Of a DNA stretch of 64,000 bases, positions 62,975-64,000 are shown piece after piece; the first letter of the stretch is position 1; the number at the start of each line of letters is the position of its first letter. Below the pieces are notes generated by a model. It ran no database searches. It saw only the letters and a program-made list of their open reading frames with translations, and was not told where the DNA came from. Source of the DNA: Promethearchaeota archaeon. Lineage in GTDB: Archaea; Asgardarchaeota; Lokiarchaeia; Sigyniarchaeales; SOKP01. The stretch lies in assembly GCA_030603385.1 (NCBI GenBank), contig JAUVXW010000013.1, positions 10,635 through 74,634 of the forward strand. The letters are read 5' to 3'. A program made the position numbers and the translations under genes.

Positions 62975-64000
62975 ATGGTACTTGTATCTCCACTTAAACC
63001 TTTTATTCCCATCAATCCCGCAGAATTTTGCACTAATCCTTATGATATAATTAGCAAGGAAGAGGAACAAGAATTAAAAAAGATTCTTAATTCATTGATA
63101 CATCTTATTTTACCTAGTGGTGTAGGAAATGAGATTTATGAAAATGCTGCTAAAGCGTATAACAATTTTAAAGAGAGAAAAATAATCGAACAAGAAAAAA
63201 CTCCAAGTATATTTATATATCGGCAAGAATCTGCTCATTTTAGTCATCAAGGATTAATAATTGGAATTTCTCTTAAAGATTATGAGGATGGCAATATTGT
63301 GAAACACGAACACACCCGAGAAAAACCACTTAAAGACAGAACAAATCATATTGTTACAACTAATGTCGCAGCGGGTTTAGTTTGGACTGTTTTTAAAGCA
63401 AATAATAAGATAAATCAGATGATTGAGCAAATTAAAGAAAAGAGACCTAAATTCAATTTTAATAAATATGGCTATAAGCATATATTGTGGCAAGAAACTA
63501 ATTCTACTATTATCAACAAATTAAAAGACTTATTTAAAAAAGAAAAAATATATATTGCTGATGGACATCACAGGGCGGCGAGTGCTGCTGAATATCGTAA
63601 AATTCAGTTGAAAAAATCTAATAAAGACGAAATATCTGAAGAACCATGGCAATACTTATTATCATATGTAGCTTCTGATGATCAAATTCGCATATTGCCA
63701 TATAATCGGGTTGTTAGAAAACTTCCAATATCAAAAACTGAATTCTTAAAGAATTTAGAAGAGATATTTAACATAGAATTAATAGAAAATGCTTTTAATC
63801 CAGTAGAGAAAAATGAGATTGCGATGTGTCTAATGTGTAAATGGTATAAACTAACAATTAAAAATAAAAAATTTAAATCCAAACGAGAATCTTTAGATGT
63901 TGCTATTCTTCAAGATAAGGTATTAGAGCCTATCCTAGGTATTAGTGATCCTCGTGCCGATGAAAATATCTTCTTTGTAGGAGGTATACGGGATCCTAAA
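62975..64000 (+). CDS. DUF1015-family protein (3' end outside window)
   Basis: Not in the ORF track because it has no stop in the window. ATG at 62975 and the frame stays open to 64000. PLKPFIP...NPYDIIS, HEHTREKPLKDR, IADGHHR, LDVAILQDKVLEPILGI are typical DUF1015 motifs. Confidence 0.7.
   Translation, partial: MVLVSPLKPFIPINPAEFCTNPYDIISKEEEQELKKILNSLIHLILPSGVGNEIYENAAKAYNNFKERKIIEQEKTPSIFIYRQESAHFSHQGLIIGISLKDYEDGNIVKHEHTREKPLKDRTNHIVTTNVAAGLVWTVFKANNKINQMIEQIKEKRPKFNFNKYGYKHILWQETNSTIINKLKDLFKKEKIYIADGHHRAASAAEYRKIQLKKSNKDEISEEPWQYLLSYVASDDQIRILPYNRVVRKLPISKTEFLKNLEEIFNIELIENAFNPVEKNEIAMCLMCKWYKLTIKNKKFKSKRESLDVAILQDKVLEPILGISDPRADENIFFVGGIRDPK

Overview
AT-rich (about 30% G+C by eye), gene-dense archaeal chromosomal segment with about 65 protein genes and one tRNA. 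I saw no rRNA and no CRISPR array. Archaeal hallmarks are an LSm-L37e gene pair, an EndA-type tRNA-splicing endonuclease homologue overlapping a PIN-domain ATPase, SepF, PGF-CTERM-like sorting signals and an intron-interrupted tRNA. There is also an unusually dense set of eukaryote-signature-like genes: an actin-family protein, a Ras/Rab-like small GTPase, a divergent DRG-like GTPase, a Roadblock/LC7 protein, three small longin-like candidates, a ubiquitin-like protein ending GG-FL, a ThiF/E1-like enzyme, two SDS22-type LRR proteins and several long coiled-coil proteins. This fits an Asgard (Loki/Promethearchaeia-like) genome; that assignment is inference, not a search result. The remainder is housekeeping or metabolic: folD, nadA, ogt, PfkB kinase, two sirtuins, two nitronate-monooxygenase paralogues, a 2-hydroxyacyl-CoA dehydratase pair, ZIP/DtxR, MFS and APC transporters, PAP2, nitroreductase, and a bacterial-looking esterase, sulfatase and SMP-30 protein. 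The observations most worth following up are: (1) a tRNA-Leu(UAA) gene that needs three non-canonical introns removed, followed by a free-standing LAGLIDADG endonuclease gene, in a window whose EndA homologue appears to lack the catalytic His; (2) an actin homologue with an embedded double zinc ribbon; (3) a divergent LRR / ubiquitin-like / wHTH / LRR locus; (4) a small GTPase with a duplicated promoter and hendecad coiled-coil partners; (5) a three-copy ~180 bp repeat bracketing two PGF-CTERM surface-protein genes; (6) three clearly coding ORFs with no in-frame canonical start, each with a canonical start one frame off just upstream.
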